From: a virus
Strand: one strand, 5' to 3'
Virus record (IMG/VR): IMGVR_UViG_3300023174_000130
Span: 19,216-83,215 of that record
Length of the DNA stretch: 64,000 nucleotides
In this document: positions 50,901 through 58,079 of the stretch, in pieces
How the letters are laid out: every line of letters begins with the position of its first letter
Position numbering within the stretch: the stretch's first letter is position 1
Notes under the pieces: model-generated
Database searches by the model: none
Told to the model about the DNA's origin: nothing
The model's input: the letters and a program-made list of their open reading frames with translations, nothing else
Translations under genes and position numbers: made by a program

Positions 50901-51821
50901 ATTATATAGATCCGGATTGTCAAATGTTGTACCTTTTGCCGAATCATAATTTTTAGTATAAATTGGATGCGCAAATAATTGATTTATATTATTGTGTTGA
51001 TTTACTGTATCACCATAATAACCACTACAATATACTTCGCATTCCTTTTGACACGATGCACAAAAATTAATATTTGCATCTTTACAATCTACTGAATTAT
51101 TTCTAATACAGTCTAGATCATAACCATTATCTATTATACACTGTTTGCAAACAGGGTAAAGATTATCTAATTTATCTTTAAATCTTTTATTTGCACTTGG
51201 TACAACTGTTTCAACTGCGTTAGAACTAATATTTTTTTTAATCGTAGTTTGTTTAGTCTTTTGCGCTATAAGTTCATCAGTAGTTTTAATATTATATGCT
51301 GTACCATAATTTATTGGAGTTTTTGTTCCACGGCTAACTAACTTTTTAAACATCTGTGAAACATTAAAAGTAACATTGTCTGAATGAGTATTAGTAGTTT
51401 GTTTGAAAGTAGGACAATTAGGATCTATAGTAGGATCACACTTACCAGTACATATACTACAGCATTCTCTACATCCTCCACCAAATACTACAGATTCTGT
51501 AGCAGCGGGTACCTCAGGAGCTCCGTCAAGTGTACAATTATCGTCTTTACACTTATATACGGGTGGACATTCACTGCATTGACTTGGTGCGCATTGCGTA
51601 CAACAAGCTGGGCAAGGTTCTACACCTGGTACATTTGGATTTTGATTATCTAATTCCAAACTGCTTGTTCTAGATACTGGTCTATTAATTTTTAAAGAAA
51701 TTAAATCACCAGGTGAAACCGGTACGGCGCTATCTAATAAATTTCCAAAAATTGTAACAAATTGATTTGTTAAGCAATAATCATCAACCGCAACATCACA
51801 GCAACATAATTTTTTAGGCAT
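44985..51821 (-). CDS. giant Cys-rich protein with RCC1-like repeats (putative receptor-binding/virion protein)
   Basis: 2278 aa; starts MPKKLCCCD; repeats such as VACGVKHTIAIT and VAAGHYHSIALSDDNNLKIWG; TATAAATA upstream. Confidence 0.75.
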   Translation of the reverse strand: MPKKLCCCDVAVDDYCLTNQFVTIFGNLLDSAVPVSPGDLISLKINRPVSRTSSLELDNQNPNVPGVEPCPACCTQCAPSQCSECPPVYKCKDDNCTLDGAPEVPAATESVVFGGGCRECCSICTGKCDPTIDPNCPTFKQTTNTHSDNVTFNVSQMFKKLVSRGTKTPINYGTAYNIKTTDELIAQKTKQTTIKKNISSNAVETVVPSANKRFKDKLDNLYPVCKQCIIDNGYDLDCIRNNSVDCKDANINFCASCQKECEVYCSGYYGDTVNQHNNINQLFAHPIYTKNYDSAKGTTFDNPDLYNGNILVNGNGLVAELDPLLTTLDQSRLLTNGGAELNNFFGPETKYPPTIPAPNQTPGGSGLISSVNSFIIPEIGPGENGPINEDGLQGKPWQCGVCPVNGGSPGAAPLYFIYRYTGCHMVWYPPEYIFNYQTKIAQGSGWKKTQSLFSGLKTCDFLLSGSGYEADGSDGTPCLSCMAHYAFGNCPTGIACKCRDRTTYPCQCMRYPHLSGGLVDTARKSFNVSQRVQQGGYIPSQEPFAPPMFVSEAGCCSCANTSNPTTSACYGGLDARRNARAAWPKASGFGKSSPTLGSYCNIGTQGENANTPLFNPNYNKQCFARGISPYLSRISQRLYPAAKDVFHYGSTVAKEQEVLGPFYSPTIISPGKYGWNNASFKKTFNKKSNLFHKMVGLIGMDHHFESWAYHSKALFTPAPPIPMNHCNMLITPYERPYAGRWTKNNFIYDPREAFRYQAMRSFPRRVMYGSSVVPLFHSDLHAMEKISIAKNVVVNGNFFSGEDFIEKFYLYFYNKITDPGETIYNEPVVESNDVDDYEYVTAWLKEMIRYNVISVKDHAGDIATELIELLDSVELEPIDPEHPPADGRPDPVFLDADVEAFLGKKTGYYEMINWLEGKILADNPEANFSDKDDFTIWAALKPYVTAKLMKNNLINPRQENLVSGIPGPMFAGPRRAKLWPTPIGAGLTTWGCTGAGICDTKESVLNVKSNQDPDDLLAYTSLFGGQQTWFAVTTNGKVRAFGRGSVPPSGDPADVGCSPEYANIQVDVEPPCPTGDIQPICDGNYFDTDVGAVPCNLSVAPELGIIYEEENQNFTLPDGRVEKISSKGKFAVALVEYTEGVVSGPNLWHVNPGCNETNYKRKKFSNSGWEIVGTPFFIYPSGSFSCAESNSNEMYVLKAWGKGNGGGDDADIDYGIFYDDTRYISDYIQANCYPGVNQFRYDLNNKFFIWKDVACGVKHTIAITSGGSLFATPTSDNTYNQSSYGYPTISGKRELAEKRGTQQLAAPNGYQALFYYYHLPKPGYFTEDEWNTLIQRNSTLSLPENKEWWNITHCVNSNQPVGSVSWSEGENAIPCDIRCQLFQPSIDQGNLLGASKNSCGAEWGYSCIKAIEPDVPVYTQVAAGHYHSIALSDDNNLKIWGSYVKVDEDGEPLNEENSFTNNNPIPVFLPHSEIFPDEWKLGPAGGVTGCSDICATQENCGENWDHSKYKVYTTADKTIFSSASIFAIDGGPDYSIMARKAGDKHRLVVWGNSEMVTAVSGVTYSGLTAFYAKNYDKIDKITAGPNAIGVVYRRKNSSKTRIEIFPRPDANRGLTAGIGKNDYSDLSFTSGSVSTIFTSGTQAQTWKASSFDVDHSKLQFKNFGDLPIYFRTQAFFRAVPGRWDFSKWFFGMPCNSIQSEISQNIVGNVDLTSVYYTKTHDLNRSFSGHPQYYWMRPDWRRIQQATPLHTYEPYPGKGCGMLRDRDGRDGLRPNTENGNGGDPNSSIATANRNLNNEFGACFGGDICWIGDGSPSAFAFSGYGFTPGRGTPFCKCNDAVCGCPPSRREKQAYDCSGGPYFGERCFGNVNGRIGFNSNKDYFIQSAKGFGKVSSDNMDTGLGQCCGVVKTNITGFFYAKRNYYYGYNAETSLYEVQTAPIPYRNHYVGNNYPVPSGVYGMTSSELINELMTPKNSIPKAYNVESTMSYPYVYVGGRTLYTLKKHLSQSIVGTACDICKVVPNDDPCRTENPCGSGNGASVCQSSVENLVGPGGWAHSYGRKFCTDAPPPISINGFMNDSINGSFNKILYMDAAKTDDWLGPLVSFTGYTGPLPPGMTFACNCWCGDRSSFASSGGGCCDCPRDLYPTGSCPNNDRSCPGCKFCCRLNPNLIYRVDKEYSLDDPINYYPSTKPLPGMGTEAEEPVPISGIPRLWRIYDDVYSDYSSLNCGGLTVGTALCFIGMDGQTESGPFEAVCIPSEEGVPQPFGKTANMQCFVIEE

Positions 51822-51854
51822 AATAAGGTCTCACCATGTATTTATACACCAAAA

Positions 51855-51886
51855 CAACAAAAGCTCCCAAAAAGGAGCTTTTGTTG
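51855..51886 (-). terminator. intrinsic terminator
   Basis: 13-bp arms CAACAAAAGCTCC/GGAGCTTTTGTTG. Confidence 0.8.
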
Positions 51887-51905
51887 CTACAAACTTTACT
51901 AAATT

Positions 51906-52142
51906 TTAGCGAGAACGATTACGGACTACGCGGTAGTACGAACGACCATTCTTTGTCTCACGAACTACATTATAGTTCATGTCAAAACGATCAAAAGCCT
52001 CACGGAGGTCATGCATCGTTGCGCGCATGTTAGTAACGCGGAAACGCTTGCGAGCCTCGCCAGCGGTCAGAGTAGCACCGCCACGCATAAAATCAAACAC
52101 TCTCTGAATCTTGGTCGGACGATCAACAGTAGTAATTTCCAT
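51906..52142 (-). CDS. small winged-helix DNA-binding protein
   Basis: KIQRVFDFMRGGATLTAGEARKRFRVTNMRATMHDLR; AAGGA Shine-Dalgarno before ATG at 52142. Confidence 0.75.
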   Translation of the reverse strand: MEITTVDRPTKIQRVFDFMRGGATLTAGEARKRFRVTNMRATMHDLREAFDRFDMNYNVVRETKNGRSYYRVVRNRSR

Positions 52143-52172
52143 AAACTTTCCTTTCTTATAAGAAGTTGCCAT

Positions 52173-52200
52173 AATATACACCGTATAGCCCAACTGTCAA
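52173..52200 (-). promoter_or_regulatory. sigma70-like promoter, 16-bp spacer
   Basis: TTGACA-N16-TATATT. Confidence 0.65.
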
Positions 52201-52236
52201 GCAATTCCCTAAATAATTCTGACTGAAGGAGGCCCT

Positions 52237-52836
52237 ATGGGACAGAGCAATCGTCAGTTCGTAAAATTTGTGAGACAGCATCTTGCAGAATACGGTATGA
52301 AACTTATTATTGGCCGTGGAAAACATGTAAATGTAGATGGTTTCCGTTGTTCTGGCTATTTTGATGAATCTGGAAAAGCCATTGCTGTAGCCCGTAAAGC
52401 AAATGAATTTATGCAAGTTTTGGTACATGAATATTGCCATTTTTTACAATATATCAATAACTCTCAAATTTATAATAAATCTTATGAGGCTTCTACTATT
52501 GTAGATGCTTGGTTAAAAGGCAAAAATTATCCTATTAAAAAGGTAAAAAGAGCATTTTTTATTGTACGTGCAATGGAAAGAGATTGTGAAAGACGGGCAA
52601 TGAAGATTATTAAAGACTTTAATCTAGCAATTAATAGCAAAATGTACGCAAAAAGAGCACATGTGTACATTTACAGCCACTTTTTGATGGAAAAAACTCG
52701 TAAATTTCACTCTTACAAGCGAAATCCATACTATAGCAAGTATGTTTTGAAGATTATGCCATCAAATATGGCTGTTCTAAGCCATAAAACGATCCCACCG
52801 AAGGTTTATTCGGTCTTAGAATCGTTTACAATCTGA
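52237..52836 (+). CDS. HExxH metallopeptidase-like protein
   Basis: VLVHEYCHFLQ plus downstream ERDCE; GGAGG Shine-Dalgarno. Confidence 0.7.
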   Translation: MGQSNRQFVKFVRQHLAEYGMKLIIGRGKHVNVDGFRCSGYFDESGKAIAVARKANEFMQVLVHEYCHFLQYINNSQIYNKSYEASTIVDAWLKGKNYPIKKVKRAFFIVRAMERDCERRAMKIIKDFNLAINSKMYAKRAHVYIYSHFLMEKTRKFHSYKRNPYYSKYVLKIMPSNMAVLSHKTIPPKVYSVLESFTI

Positions 52837-53171
52837 GATTTTAGATATTTTGATACAAATTTTGTAAATGGTTGATCGCCATAAGGCCATCTATCATCTT
52901 TGTCCATAAATCCATAGTGCACCAAAGCATCTATATGCTCATCCAGCATTTTTAATGTAACATCATCAACATTCCATTTTATGTTGTCGTCTTCGTTTAT
53001 GGCCGGGGCTTCTGCTGCTGCATGTTCTGCAACCGCAAGATCTGATATCTTTGCAAGGTTGCCAAGAATTTCCAGTGATTTGGCGCATTGATAAAAAAGA
53101 TCCTTTTTGACGGGATCTTCTTCTTTGCGAGCCAAGTTGCGAATTTCGTAAACTAGCTCTGGGATTTTCAT
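52806..53171 (-). CDS. hypothetical protein
   Basis: 121-aa ORF with AGGAG Shine-Dalgarno in a minus-strand gene run. Confidence 0.7.
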   Translation of the reverse strand: MKIPELVYEIRNLARKEEDPVKKDLFYQCAKSLEILGNLAKISDLAVAEHAAAEAPAINEDDNIKWNVDDVTLKMLDEHIDALVHYGFMDKDDRWPYGDQPFTKFVSKYLKSQIVNDSKTE

Positions 53172-53181
53172 TTGTAACTCC

Positions 53182-53544
53182 TTAACTTAACGTTAGGAGA
53201 TACTTGGTTTGTTGTACGACTCCAAGCATCTCATCACGTATATTTAACAGTTCTGTTTGTGAAGGATCTATTTCTTTTGGAAGTTCATTCATTAAATAAT
53301 CTTCAAAAGAATTTAATACTTGATTTGCATTTGTGCGATATGGACCATTGAGTTGAAGTTCGCTAATTTGTTTGAGTTCTTCTTTGCCAAGAGCACCCAT
53401 ATATGTCTCAGCAAAGGTATCCAAAAGACCATCGATAGCCTCATATGCCTTTCCTAAAGCTTTATGTGCGGCATAAGATTTAGTACCCCAGTGATGAAGT
53501 CTAAGTTCGTTTTCAAAATTTAAAATAGTTTTAATGCAAGACAT
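53182..53544 (-). CDS. ferritin/Dps-like four-helix protein
   Basis: LHHWGTKSYAAHKALG..Y..ID.LLDTFAE; LLNIRDEMLG...KYLLTL. Confidence 0.82.
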   Translation of the reverse strand: MSCIKTILNFENELRLHHWGTKSYAAHKALGKAYEAIDGLLDTFAETYMGALGKEELKQISELQLNGPYRTNANQVLNSFEDYLMNELPKEIDPSQTELLNIRDEMLGVVQQTKYLLTLS

Positions 53545-53759
53545 TAATATTTCCTGTGTTTGTGTTCTTGTGAAAAAGTTATAAAATCTTCTGGTACATC
53601 TTCTGGATTTCGCTCAGCTCTTTTTTGTGCTTTACGATACTCAGGATCGGTTAGAAGGAGAGGGGTTACCTCTCCTGTAGAATCTAAATGAGCCACAAAA
53701 TAATAACTGGCACATTCAGTTGGTTTTTTCTTTTTATTTTGAATTTTACCTCGTGCCAT
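53544..53759 (-). CDS. hypothetical protein
   Basis: 71 aa; TATAAATA-N5-ATG; PLLLT...RAERNPED. Confidence 0.65.
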   Translation of the reverse strand: MARGKIQNKKKKPTECASYYFVAHLDSTGEVTPLLLTDPEYRKAQKRAERNPEDVPEDFITFSQEHKHRKY

Positions 53760-53767
53760 AAAAATAT

Positions 53768-54142
53768 TTATATAACTTGAATACCAGTATCATCGGTATA
53801 ATAAATTTTATGAAATACTTCACCACACCATTTGGCACAGACAGGACAAGGCTTAGAGTTTCTAAAATTACCAAAACGGTTGAATCTAAAGTTAAGAAGA
53901 ATCAACTTCTCACCACGCAATGATTTTGGAACTTTTCTATAAGCATCCAACTCAGAATGCATGTCTGCACATCTATATCCCAAACGCACAGTATCGGGGT
54001 GGGTCTTGAACACATTTTGACCCACCGCGATAATTTTGCGTTTATATATCACCAACGAGATATGCTTTTTTTGTCTTTCCATTGCCATCGACAGAGGCTT
54101 GGCAATAGGAAGATAATTTTCAATCACGTGGTCTATATTCAT
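53768..54142 (-). CDS. cytidine/dCMP deaminase-like zinc protein
   Basis: HSE...SKPCPVC zinc-binding motif. Confidence 0.82.
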   Translation of the reverse strand: MNIDHVIENYLPIAKPLSMAMERQKKHISLVIYKRKIIAVGQNVFKTHPDTVRLGYRCADMHSELDAYRKVPKSLRGEKLILLNFRFNRFGNFRNSKPCPVCAKWCGEVFHKIYYTDDTGIQVI

Positions 54143-54145
54143 ATT

Positions 54146-54457
54146 TTACGTCGTCAGCTTCAGCTTACTGAGCGGATCAACGCCTTTGCTAGAAGGAGTT
54201 ACAAGGCCCTTATTAACACCAGTATCATATTGATTCTTCAGTTCATCCAAAGGATCAACAGTGAACGGCACAAATGACTTTGCAATAGTAACGCCCTTTG
54301 CAGCCTTAGTATACATCATCCAAGGCATCAAACCAATATTGCCTTCGCCTACTGGGATAAGAATAGCTGGATCTTTGAGAAGCCAAGAATCACCTTGATC
54401 TTCAAATCGTGCGAGAATTTCTTCACCGGAGTTTAGTCTAAATAGTTTTACGTTCAT
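54146..54457 (-). CDS. Sm-like hypothetical protein
   Basis: RLNSGEEILA..KDPAIL..IGLMPWM. Confidence 0.72.
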   Translation of the reverse strand: MNVKLFRLNSGEEILARFEDQGDSWLLKDPAILIPVGEGNIGLMPWMMYTKAAKGVTIAKSFVPFTVDPLDELKNQYDTGVNKGLVTPSSKGVDPLSKLKLTT

Positions 54458-54478
54458 ATGTTTCCTTTACAGAGTTTT

Positions 54479-54506
54479 ATTATAGCAGGCGTTTTAACAA
54501 TAGCAA
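54479..54506 (-). promoter_or_regulatory. sigma70-like promoter, 16-bp spacer
   Basis: TTGCTA-N16-TATAAT with TG extension. Confidence 0.65.
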
Positions 54507-54517
54507 GTAACAATAAT

Positions 54518-55150
54518 ATGAAATCATTTCAACAATTTTTAATTGAAGGCTCTGAACAAATGCAATGTGATATTAATGGTATTTGCAAAGTAATAAAAGA
54601 ATATGAATCTGCAGGTAATGAACAAAAAATTCTTTCTATCTATAAAGATAGCAAAGGTTTATCAACAATTGGTCATGGACATTTAGTTACTCCAAAATCT
54701 TCAAAGATATTTTCTGAATTAAATATCAGTCCTGATATTTTAAGTGGCAAAGGAAAACTTACACCAGAACAAGCAGATAAATTACTTGAAAGAGATGTAA
54801 ATGATCGCTTACCTCAAGTTAAAAAATTAGTTCCTAAATTTGGTGAATATTCTCCAGAACTACAAGCCCAACTTACCTCTGAACATTTTAGAGGTATGTT
54901 AGGAAAATCTCCTAGCGCTGTTAAAAAATTAAGCGCAGGAGACTTTTCTGGTGCAGCAACAGAATATTTAAATGCTAAAGATTATAGAGAATCTGTAAGA
55001 GACAAAACTGGTATTGCACCAAGAATGCAAAAACTTGCAGATGCAATCAAAACGGAACCAGAACGTCAGAAGAAACGTCAGCAATCTTCTCTTCAAACCA
55101 ATCAGGCACCTCAGTCGCCTTCCACTTCGCAAACGCTGCCTTCTCGTTAA
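54518..55150 (+). CDS. T4-type (GH24-like) lysozyme with capsid-targeting-like N-terminus
   Basis: EYES...YKDSKGLSTIGHGHL, A..LLERD; start MKSFQQFLIE at 54518. Confidence 0.8.
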   Translation: MKSFQQFLIEGSEQMQCDINGICKVIKEYESAGNEQKILSIYKDSKGLSTIGHGHLVTPKSSKIFSELNISPDILSGKGKLTPEQADKLLERDVNDRLPQVKKLVPKFGEYSPELQAQLTSEHFRGMLGKSPSAVKKLSAGDFSGAATEYLNAKDYRESVRDKTGIAPRMQKLADAIKTEPERQKKRQQSSLQTNQAPQSPSTSQTLPSR

Positions 55151-55610
55151 TATAATAACTGCGATAAGCAACTATTGCATTTTCATTCTTATATTGTTCT
55201 GGCATTGCCTGAACAAAAGTAGTCAGCTTACCTTTGGGCAAATTAACAGGGCAGTCATACAATTCATTCAACAACATAGATTCCATTGAATGAACTTTGC
55301 CGTACCGCCGAGTGTATTCCTTGCACAGAGCATATGCATGTTTCCAAAGCCAAAGATAATTTTCTGAAGTAGTACGGGTCCAAATATTGCATGGATGATT
55401 AATCATTGCAGCCTTGCAAATATTCTTCTTTGTGCAAACATGAGTGGTGTATCTACGTTTGCCAGTGTTAACTTCTAAGGGATCACCATCCAAAACATGA
55501 TGGGCAGTTGAAAGCAACTGGCAAGATTCAAGAATCATTTTTACAACGTGCTTATCGCACATCATACGAGCAGAAGTAGCGGCATCATTGTCCAAAACAA
55601 AAATGTTCAT
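55047..55610 (-). CDS. pyrimidine-dimer glycosylase/DenV-related family protein
   Basis: MNIFVLD...CDKHVVKMILESCQLLSTAH, NHPC..W, EYTRRYGKVH, QAMP. Confidence 0.8.
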   Translation of the reverse strand: MNIFVLDNDAATSARMMCDKHVVKMILESCQLLSTAHHVLDGDPLEVNTGKRRYTTHVCTKKNICKAAMINHPCNIWTRTTSENYLWLWKHAYALCKEYTRRYGKVHSMESMLLNELYDCPVNLPKGKLTTFVQAMPEQYKNENAIVAYRSYYINEKAAFAKWKATEVPDWFEEKIADVSSDVLVPF

Positions 55611-56644
55611 ATTTCGTGATTCTCAAAAATATTGTTTATAGTACGATTGACCTTAACCATTGTACCACGCGAATACAAGTCAGGCAAGTTAAAAGCACCA
55701 ACATACGAACAAGCAGAGCGCAATCCACCAAGAATTTCTTGAACGGTGTGATGTACAGATCCACGATAAGGTACTTCCACAGTGCGGCCCTCGGAAGCAC
55801 GGTAATCCTTAAGTCCGCCATTGTATTTTTCATTTGCGGTTTTGCTGGACATACCATAATGAAGCATAGTGAGTGATGCGTTATTATTGGAGTGACGAAT
55901 TTCTCCACCACACTCGTCATGTCCTGCAAATGCACCTCCAGCCATAACAAATGCAGTCCCAGCCACAAAAGACTTAGCAAAATCGCCGGGATGTACAATC
56001 CCTCCATCAGATACGATCCCAATACCTAACGCTGTTGCGGTTTCCACACACTCTATGACCGCTGAGAGTTGGGGATATCCCACTCCGGCTACTCTGCGTG
56101 TCAGGCACATCGACCCCGACCCGATTCCCACTTTTACTAGATCTGCTCCAGCATCGGACAACGCCACGACCCCCTCTGGGGTCACGATATTCCCTGCAAT
56201 CAATATTGACTTCGGCCATTTTTGTCTCACTTTCTTTACGAAGTTATGAAATTCTGTCATGTAACCATTTGCAACATCAACACAAACAAAAGTTGGATCA
56301 TTGATTGTTGCATTATCCACAAACAATTTACTCTCTGGGTCTAACCCAAGAGTCAATGAAACGTATTTTTCTTTATCTGGATAACTGGTGGCAAAAGTAA
56401 CATAATATTCACCACCTTTCTTCAGACAGGTAATCATCTTGTAATCTGACAATACAAGAGCCATTTCGTGTGTTCCCACCGTGGACATGTTTGCCGCCAT
56501 GATCGGCACACCAGTCCAATAAGATCCGCAATTAAAAGTAGTACCAACTTCAAGATTGACATCTTTGCGAGACTTAACATCCGAAAGTCTTGGTACAATG
56601 AGTGCGTCTGAATAATCTAGTTTTGGTTCGTAGTTTACAATCAT
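55607..56644 (-). CDS. guaC: GMP reductase
   Basis: KLDYSD, GVPIMAANM, DVANGY, KVGIGSGSMCLTR, YGMSS, YRASEGR; start moved to MIVNYEPK. Confidence 0.93.
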   Translation of the reverse strand: MIVNYEPKLDYSDALIVPRLSDVKSRKDVNLEVGTTFNCGSYWTGVPIMAANMSTVGTHEMALVLSDYKMITCLKKGGEYYVTFATSYPDKEKYVSLTLGLDPESKLFVDNATINDPTFVCVDVANGYMTEFHNFVKKVRQKWPKSILIAGNIVTPEGVVALSDAGADLVKVGIGSGSMCLTRRVAGVGYPQLSAVIECVETATALGIGIVSDGGIVHPGDFAKSFVAGTAFVMAGGAFAGHDECGGEIRHSNNNASLTMLHYGMSSKTANEKYNGGLKDYRASEGRTVEVPYRGSVHHTVQEILGGLRSACSYVGAFNLPDLYSRGTMVKVNRTINNIFENHEI

Positions 56645-56652
56645 GACCGACA

Positions 56653-56680
56653 ATAATAACACATAGAAACTACTGGTCAA
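56653..56680 (-). promoter_or_regulatory. sigma70-like promoter for guaC, 16-bp spacer
   Basis: TTGACC-N16-TATTAT with TG extension. Confidence 0.6.
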
Positions 56681-56683
56681 TAA

Positions 56684-56857
56684 TTATTTTGATTCTTCTA
56701 TTCTTTTGATGGCATCACGAAGATTCAACATCATCTGTGCTAATTCTTTTGATGTAAGCTTATCCCGAAGATAGTCTTCATATTTTGAAAGAATAATTTT
56801 CGCTTCTCGGAAAAGGATTGCATGTAAATGATCAGAACTTTTGGAATCATTTGCCAT
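56684..56857 (-). CDS. hypothetical protein (57 aa, not in ORF track)
   Basis: MANDSKSSDHLHAILFREAKIILSKYEDYL...; TAAATA upstream. Confidence 0.65.
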   Translation of the reverse strand: MANDSKSSDHLHAILFREAKIILSKYEDYLRDKLTSKELAQMMLNLRDAIKRIEESK

Positions 56858-56866
56858 CAATCTTAT

Positions 56867-57436
56867 TTATTCAATTCCAACTGTATCGTCACGAACAAAC
56901 TTAAACACTTTACTCATGTAGAAAGATTTCCATGATTGAGTGTTTAAATCCCACACGCCAACTCTGTCATTTCCCATTGGAGTAAAGAAAGCAGCACGAA
57001 CATTCAATTCTTTGCTTGGTAAATATTTTCTGTCCAAAGTACAATTCAGTCTTCGTGTTGATCCATCCATTTTATTGAACCAAACTGTACATATTCCTGA
57101 TAAATTTTCCATTATCAACTCTTGTGCGGAAAGATGGTCTGTTTTATATGCACTATCTTCATTTATTACAGTTGTATCAATAATATAATCAATAGTTGGA
57201 TCAAACACATTTATGTCTTGATTTATTCTTGTTTGAGACATAAAATTATCAAATGATCCATATTGACGAGTTATAAACTGTTTGTAGATTAAATCATCTT
57301 TTTCCAAAGACATATATGTTTCTAGTTGAAGTTTGGAACCACTGTATCCTTGAACTTGTTTTGATGCGAGACCATTTTCTGAACTAAGAAGCTGTTCAGT
57401 GAGTCTATCATTAAAACTTTGTTGCTCTTTATCCAT
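56867..57436 (-). CDS. WYL-like/SH3-fold (DUF2693-like) protein
   Basis: VWFNKMDGSTRRLNCTL...VWDLNTQSWKSF. Confidence 0.75.
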   Translation of the reverse strand: MDKEQQSFNDRLTEQLLSSENGLASKQVQGYSGSKLQLETYMSLEKDDLIYKQFITRQYGSFDNFMSQTRINQDINVFDPTIDYIIDTTVINEDSAYKTDHLSAQELIMENLSGICTVWFNKMDGSTRRLNCTLDRKYLPSKELNVRAAFFTPMGNDRVGVWDLNTQSWKSFYMSKVFKFVRDDTVGIE

Positions 57437-57684
57437 TATAGTTCTATGCTAAAAACTTTTTTGTCTGAACCCATATTCTTGATATTAATTTTGTTTGTGT
57501 TTAAAGAATTCAATACTGCAGGTAAAAACATAGGATGCAAAGTTACAAAAATTTTTGCAAATGGCTCACGTTGTTTTGATTTTATTTTTTCCATTAATTT
57601 TTTTATTATCAATGGGTCTTGTTGCTTTTGATTCGGACTTAAAGTAATGTAAGTCGTGAGAAGTTTGGAAGTCTCGGTAATCAT
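57436..57684 (-). CDS. hypothetical protein
   Basis: 82 aa; TAAATA-N5-ATG. Confidence 0.6.
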   Translation of the reverse strand: MITETSKLLTTYITLSPNQKQQDPLIIKKLMEKIKSKQREPFAKIFVTLHPMFLPAVLNSLNTNKINIKNMGSDKKVFSIEL

Positions 57685-57807
57685 AAAAGTATTTATTTGA
57701 CTAATAAAAGTACTGTGATACTTTTACAGAAAATTAAATACTGACAGATAACTATAGGTTATCTATAGTAATATAAATTAAACTATAAAATAGTATCTTA
57801 AGTATGT

Positions 57808-58026
57808 TTAATAATAACTACCAAAAGTATTATTAGATGGTTTAAAATTATCTAATAGTCCAGCTCTAAGATCTTCTAGAGGTCTCATACTATCTGGTAT
57901 TTGTGTTGGTGTAAATCCAACATTATTCTCAGACAAGTTTCTTAGGGGACTTGGAGCATTTTTATATTTTTTATGTAATAACCGAATGGTTTCTTCTAGT
58001 GATTTTCCATTATTTTTATTATACAT
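57808..58026 (-). CDS. hypothetical protein
   Basis: MYNKNNGKSLEE...; TATAAATA-N5-ATG. Confidence 0.55.
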   Translation of the reverse strand: MYNKNNGKSLEETIRLLHKKYKNAPSPLRNLSENNVGFTPTQIPDSMRPLEDLRAGLLDNFKPSNNTFGSYY

Positions 58027-58079
58027 GGAAATATTTATAAATATTTTTACATTTAAGACTCTATTCAAGAGACAATAAT

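Noticed and set aside
57690-57807. AT-rich intergenic stretch with AGATAAC/GTTATCT inverted repeat as a replication origin
   Set aside because: Short arms are expected by chance at this AT content and there is no supporting iteron pattern
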